Assembly (NCBI GenBank): GCA_030141605.1 | Contig: JAQGDQ010001398.1 | Location: 1-42,697 of the forward strand | Reading direction: 5' to 3' | Origin: Tubiluchus corallicola | Lineage: Eukaryota; Animalia; Priapulida | DNA: 42,697 bases | In this document: positions 12,086 to 42,697 of the stretch, in pieces | Layout: the number at the start of each line of letters is the position of its first letter | Position numbering within the stretch: position 1 is the stretch's first letter | Notes under the pieces: generated by a model | The model's input: only the letters and a program-made list of their open reading frames with translations | Database searches by the model: none | What the model was told of the DNA's origin: nothing | Translations under genes and position numbers: made by a program

Positions 12086-12300
12086 CTCTCTCTCTCTCTC
12101 TCTCTCCCTCCCTCCCTCCCTCTCTCTCTCTCTCTTTCTCTCTCTCCCTCTCTTCCCCCTCTCTCTTCCTCTCTCTCTCTTTCTCTCTCTCTTCCCCCCT
12201 CTCTCTCTCTCTGTGTGTGTCTCTCTCTCTTCCCCTCTCTCTCTTTCTCACTCTCTCTTTTTCTCTCACTCAGTCACTCTCTTTGTCTTTCTGACATCTC
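12086..12300. repeat. (CT)n / polypyrimidine microsatellite
   Basis: Direct observation. Confidence 0.95.
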
Positions 12301-12581
12301 TTTCCTCATGTAGCTGTAGCAATAAGTTGTAAAGATATATCAAAATTTCGTGTAAAATTACACGTGGTACTAATCACCATTTCGTTATATTTTCCTGTTT
12401 ATAGTTTCAGGCAGATGGCAAAGTAAAAAATGAGGTTATACGAGATCGCTCAGTGGGGTCAAAATCAAGGTCAATGCAGTAGAAGTGTTGGCAAATCCCC
12501 GTGTGCTTGGAAAGTATATTATTGCATAGAAAAGACTCTGTAAATGTGGTAAAGATGTTGAAACAGCAGAACACATAATAA

Positions 12582-13070
12582 TTAAAGGAAGAAAGGATGA
12601 TTTTTCGTATACTACCCCATTTTCAAGTCCGATAAAAAGCATACATGCTAACACAATTAATGCTGCAAATGCATTTCTGATCAATTGATGGTGGGTGAGC
12701 TCAACCATTGATGACATCACAAATTAACATAATTTTCAACAGCAAAAGTTTTCTACGAGCTTGTTGCACGTGTTTGCGAAAGCCAAAATTGAAGTACAGT
12801 GCTACTGTAAGATATTGAGTGTGTTGTATTGAAACTATAGGCATGTTTTAAGATAAAATTCACATTTCAAATTTACCGCTGTACTCACGCATGAGCTCTC
12901 AAATGTGTGTAGTTCGTCAGAAACTAACTAATCTGAATTGAGAAGTACAGCATATGTTTTTGTGTAATGCAGACACCAGTGCCTGCCCAACTAGCAAGTG
13001 GTGGAATGCACGTAACAGTTAAGAACTAGTGGTGCGAACGTGAAAATCGTGTTTGTATGGTGATAATTAT
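12582..13070 (+). mobile_element. Dispersed repeat family W, truncated copy
   Basis: Begins TTAAAGGAAG; similar to 34196-34740; right-end fragment at ~22880-23034. Confidence 0.55.
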
Positions 13071-13625
13071 AGTAAGTAGAGGGAAAATATCATCCAGTCT
13101 GCTTATTGATGAACATAATGGTCAAAAGAAGAAGCATGGCAAATGTATAACTTTAAAACTGAAAAGATAAAAAGTCATTTAAATATCTAGCTCTGTGTAA
13201 CAGTGATCTTATGGTATTTATGAGCCCACATTGTGTTCTGCTGTGTAGCATTTTCACAAGCGTACGTGTGCACCTTAGCATTTTTGAGTGGCAAATAGAC
13301 ATGACATAAAATGGACTTAAGCAACCAGACATATCGTACAAATGGATGGATGGATGATGATTATGATGAAGTGCTGTGGTAGTGTTGGTGTTGGCTTCCT
13401 TCACCTCAGAAAAGTTTTCAAAAAATTACAATTGTTCACTACAGAAAAGCATTAAAACATGATGCGGATTATCTGAGATCAAGATCATTCTTTGAAATCG
13501 ATATTATAGTATCTTTACTTTTTTTGTAGCTCATTGTGCCCCACATGCTGGCAATGTGACAAATTAGGGGCAGGCCAAAAGATCAAACGGAAATTCTGAT
13601 TGATGCAGTGCAGTGCTATAATAAT

Positions 13626-14002
13626 TAGGGGTAAGCATTCTCTACCAGAAAGCGAATTCAAATCGAATCGAAATTGTGATTTTCGAATTCAAATTGAATC
13701 GAGTTTCAGTGTTTCGAATCCGAATCGAATTCCAATTGAGTTTGAAAGATTTTCAAACCAGTTTTCGAACCACTAGTAAAAAGTGGTCTAACAAAGATCA
13801 TGCATATTACTTGATTTTGTTCTGAAGTAAAACTGGCATTAGTTTGTTAAAAGTTTTGCACAGAAATCGCAGCTAAATTGTGCTAATTGCATGCTGCTTC
13901 AAACATTTTAATGATAAAGAATGTATGTGGCTGGAGTGCTGAATTATTAGAAAATATAATTTCACGTTCGAATCGAATTCGAATGTTCGATGCTCACCTC
14001 TA
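13626..14002. mobile_element. TIR element rich in TTCGA/TCGAA subterminal repeats
   Basis: Ends TAGGGGTAAGCAT ... ATGCTCACCTCTA; second copy at ~32680-33035. Confidence 0.65.
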
Positions 14003-16169
14003 ATAATGATGATAATAATAATAATAATAATAACAACGACAACAACAATAATAATATTAATAGTAACAGTAGTAATAATAATAATAATAATAACAACAAC
14101 AACAATAATAATAATAATAATAATAAAATAATGTGTTGAATATCCAGTCAACCTATTCAATTTGATCAGCTAGCTCCAAGGTGTGTGGCAGATTTCTATT
14201 AGATGATTTATGTTCCTCGATGCAATAAATTGTTCTGTACTAATACTTGTTATTTTTACTGCTCAAAAGAAACCTGGTTTTGTCAGGTAATCCCTATCAT
14301 AGATGGTGGATAAATAATTTTCATGTAAGTTACTGCTATAGAACTTCCTAGAAATTTCGCTGCATTCAATTTAATAAACTAGCCTTTATAAAAGCAATAA
14401 GATATCAATGACCTCAGATATAGACTTCAGAGGAGAATAGCATATCCAGGGCATTCACCAGCAGCGAAGATGAAGAGTTCTCATACTGCTAGCGGTACAT
14501 TCATTTAAACATATTTTTCGTTTATTCGCAGTACTGCAGTGTAACTGCACATTTCCTTATAGAATTGCAAGACGTTTTGTAACAAATTCATTAGTCACAG
14601 GTTTGCAGTTTAGTTTCCAAGAAGTGAACGTCAATAAAGGCGCACATTGTGCGTATCCTTGTAATAGAACGTGCTTTGGTATTAATATTTAAACCAATTT
14701 CCAGGTCTAACGGAAAAGTAAATTAGTAACGGTATGTGTTCTATCACTGCATAATAAACGCACTTTTATTTTATTTCTAATTTAGTTTATTTTTTGGCTA
14801 TATTTATGCTTTGGAAATATTATCATGACTTAATTGTTGTGATAACATCATCGTACTAACATGTGTCATTCATGTATTCCTCATTTTTGTTCCTTGTCCT
14901 CATTCCAGAAGAAAGTGTATGTGTGAGAGAGATCATTTAATGCACTTCTGTTTTATCTCTTAAATATCAAATTTACCATTAATCTGGGCAGCGCCAACAC
15001 AAGATTTTCTTCCTGGTGTTGTTCAGAGGCATGCCAGTAGTCTCAATAAAAATTACATATTAATGTTTTTTTCTGTGTAAAATTTGTGTTAATTTAATGC
15101 TTTCTGTAAAAATTATCATTGTATGTTCATGGTAAATCTAGCAATACATTTTAAACGCACTTGAAGTTTTGTTAACGTAGTGCTATACCAAGTCTTTTTG
15201 ACTTTCATACACTTATTTATTTATTAGTATTTATTCACTATTCGCTCCGTGAGAAAGGCCACTGGGAAACTAGGATTGTTCCGCAAAATATCCAAGAGAC
15301 ATTAGACCTAGTCATCGACATTTATTTTCTCCAATAATGTGTCACAAATTCCGTTTTACAAAAAACTTTAGTTTATCCAAGTAGATGGTCTTTTTCATTT
15401 TTGTCCAAGGTGTTAAAAGACCATAGGTCTTCTAGTTACTCACCCCTTGTTAATTAATATTCTAACATCAGAAAAAAGGTGTCGCTTGCTGCAATTTTAG
15501 TTAATTACTTAAATGGACTGATCATAATAAAGCAACAAATTAAAGAAAAAATATACGAAACGCATAAGAAAAGTAAAATAGTAAACATGCCAGCCATTAG
15601 TGACAATGTGAAAGATTTAATTGTGAAACAATGATGACAAATGGGAAGAAAAGAAAAAATGTTAAGTTTCGCTTAACGACGCTAAGGTATTCCAACAAAG
15701 TGCGATGTTAAGAGAAACGTTGTTAAATGAAATCAAAACTTGTATAGGAAGAATTGTAAACGAACTGAAATACGTTCCAGAAGCAAAAATCAATGCTGCT
15801 TAAGTCTTATAAATTAAACGTTTTATGAGTTTTATTCATATTCCTACTGATTAATTTCTTTCTGTTTGCTTAAAACCACCTACTTTTTCTAGCTAGACCT
15901 GCTAGTGATTTCTCCCCCCATTTAAACACTGCTTGTTAAATGCTGTGTAGTGAAAGCCAAGCTCTGCGTGGAGCGACCTTGAGACAATTTCTTGTAGTAC
16001 TAATCTAGTTGTTATAGCAACAGGTTGCCGAAAAAATCCTTGACATAAAGTTTAAACTCGGGTGTCGCTTGATACAAACGCCTAGAATTTAGTATATAGT
16101 CAGTCGGGAAGCAAAAACATCATAATAATTGCACTATTTAGGTTACTAATGTATTTTTAGAACAGAATG

Positions 16170-16485
16170 CAGTCGACCCTCGTTAAACCGGACCCCGTTA
16201 GTAAGGCGGACGTCATCCGTGGTAAAGGAAACTAACCGATTTCCGTCCGAGCTGGAGTGCTAAACACAACACGGCCTACCAACTGTACAATAATTTCTTT
16301 ATCCTCACAGGTTAACTATTTTAAAGTAATAGACAGTATAGTATATAGTGCAATGTATATAGGCCTTATTAAGGTGATTATTCCTGTATAATATATACCA
16401 TATATAGGCATATCGGATAAATCAGACAATCGGCTAAACCGGAACACCCCCCCCCCCTTTAGTCTGGTTTAACGAGGGCTGACTG
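16170..16485. mobile_element. MITE, pogo/Tigger-type
   Basis: TIRs CAGTCGACCCTCGTTAAACCGGAC ... GTCTGGTTTAACGAGGGCTGACTG; TA on the right flank. Confidence 0.75.
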
Positions 16486-17039
16486 TAACACAATATTTAC
16501 CATCTTAATGCTTCAAATTAGGAAGAAAAAGTTATTGATAAATTAGAAAATGGCTGTGAGCAAAGTAAAAAAATTGTCATTGAAATTAAACAATGCGTCG
16601 TTAAGTGAGAAAAAGGTGTCAAATGTTCTGCCGTCAAAACTAGACGTTGCTAAACGGGGCATTGTTAAACTAGGACTTACTGTAACAATAAATAAATGCA
16701 GATGATGAATATGTATTACACAGTAAGTAGTTACAAAACAAACAAAACAATAATCATGTTCAATTTCTACAAAATTCTCTGCAACAAAATAATGCATGAT
16801 TAAATAACTGAAAAAAGAAATGCGATTTAAGCAAAGCAGAGCAGTTAATTTATGTCAATGCAGACAAGTAATTACTAAATAGATATAGTCGTTACACAAA
16901 AAAATAAATTTTGGAAAATTTTTCTTAAGAACTAATTTTTGTGAAAATAGTGTTAAATGAAATGAAGATGAAATTAATCGTAATGTCGTAAGTTACACAG
17001 GTTTCCCATATTTAATGAAATTGCACTTTATATTGAAAT

Positions 17040-17258
17040 ACGTGATGATGTTCCAGTGAAGTTAGCTCTTCAACAAGCCATAGAAACAGCTAAAAAACCT
17101 GCAGGAGGACAAATGTTAAAATACTTAGATTTTGCACAGAAAGATTTAAACACTTCAGCATTGATCCTTAGAAATAAATCCACTTGGGGCATTGCAGCGT
17201 GTAGGGAGTCCTGGCATAGGGAGGTGAGCAGAATCATGTCACTGGACGTATGATTCAT

Positions 17259-17291
<33 letters not shown>
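17040..17291 (+). mobile_element. 5'-truncated RTE-clade LINE 3' end with (GAT)n tail
   Basis: Frame PVKLAL...KKPAGGQMLKYLDFAQKDL...W.IAACRESWHREV resembles RTE ORF C-termini; followed immediately by (GAT)n. Confidence 0.55.
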
Positions 17292-17292
<1 letters not shown>

Positions 17293-17392
17293 ATGCATTA
17301 AAAAACTTTGTTATCTGTTGGGATACAGGCTCTCAATTCTGTTTTAGGTTGAGTAATTCTGTTCCTCTACTTGCGCTTTTGTGTTGAGTGAA

Positions 17393-42201
<24,809 letters not shown>

Positions 42202-42277
42202 TGGTTGCCTGGGTTCACTCATATTCAAGACCATGTTTCTTGTGCCAGGCCGAATCGATATGCTGTAATTTAAAAGC

Positions 42278-42697
42278 ATTCTGGTCAGTTCAAACTTGAC
42301 CATTTCTTCTGGTCAGTTCAAACTTGACTATTTCTTATGGCCAGTTGAAAATTGACTGTATTTCTTATGGCCAGTTGAAAATTGACTGTATTTCTTATGG
42401 CCAGTTGAAAATTGACTGTATTTCTTATGGCCAGTTGAAAATTGACTGTATTTCTTATGGCCAGTTGAAAATTGATTGACTGTATTTCTTATGGCCAGTT
42501 GAAAATTGACTGTATTTCTTATGGCCAGTTGAAAATTGATTGACTGTATTTCTTATGGCCAGTTGAAAATTGACTGTATTTCTTATGGCCAGTTGAAAAT
42601 TGATTGACTGTATTTCTTATGGCCAGTTGAAAATTGACTGTATTTCTTATGGCCAGTTGAAAATTGATTGACTGTATTTCTTATGGCCAGTTGAAAA
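42278..42697. repeat. 30/34-bp minisatellite beginning ~80 nt after the ASH2L stop; runs off the window
   Basis: Unit TTTCTTATGGCCAGTTGAAAATTGA(TTGA)CTGTA. Confidence 0.95.

Overview
AT-rich, repeat-dense genomic DNA from a non-vertebrate animal (spliceosomal GT-AG introns; no prokaryotic features). The main gene is a complete plus-strand ASH2/ASH2L (COMPASS/Set1-MLL core subunit). I assembled it by hand into 15 coding exons (17393-42201; 1641 nt, 546 aa) with consistent splice phases and PHD, winged-helix, SPRY and SDI regions. Upstream lie a single-exon array of 10 C2H2 zinc fingers built like an 84-bp minisatellite (9530-10429) and an apparently orphan C-type lectin terminal exon (minus, 3731-3954) sitting between two collinear halves of a Helitron-like element. 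The rest is non-autonomous DNA transposons/MITEs, tRNA-derived SINEs, LINE 3' fragments and many young tandem arrays. Most notable: (1) a 5S-rRNA-headed SINE with an RTE-LINE-derived tail, two copies, one with an 8-bp TSD; (2) a 143-bp tandem array that copies the end of ASH2L exon 6 with its 5' splice site eight times; (3) the possibly Helitron-captured lectin exon; (4) the PRDM9-style zinc-finger array. Family names for repeats come from recalled motifs, not database searches, and most long ORFs in the supplied track are repeat artefacts.
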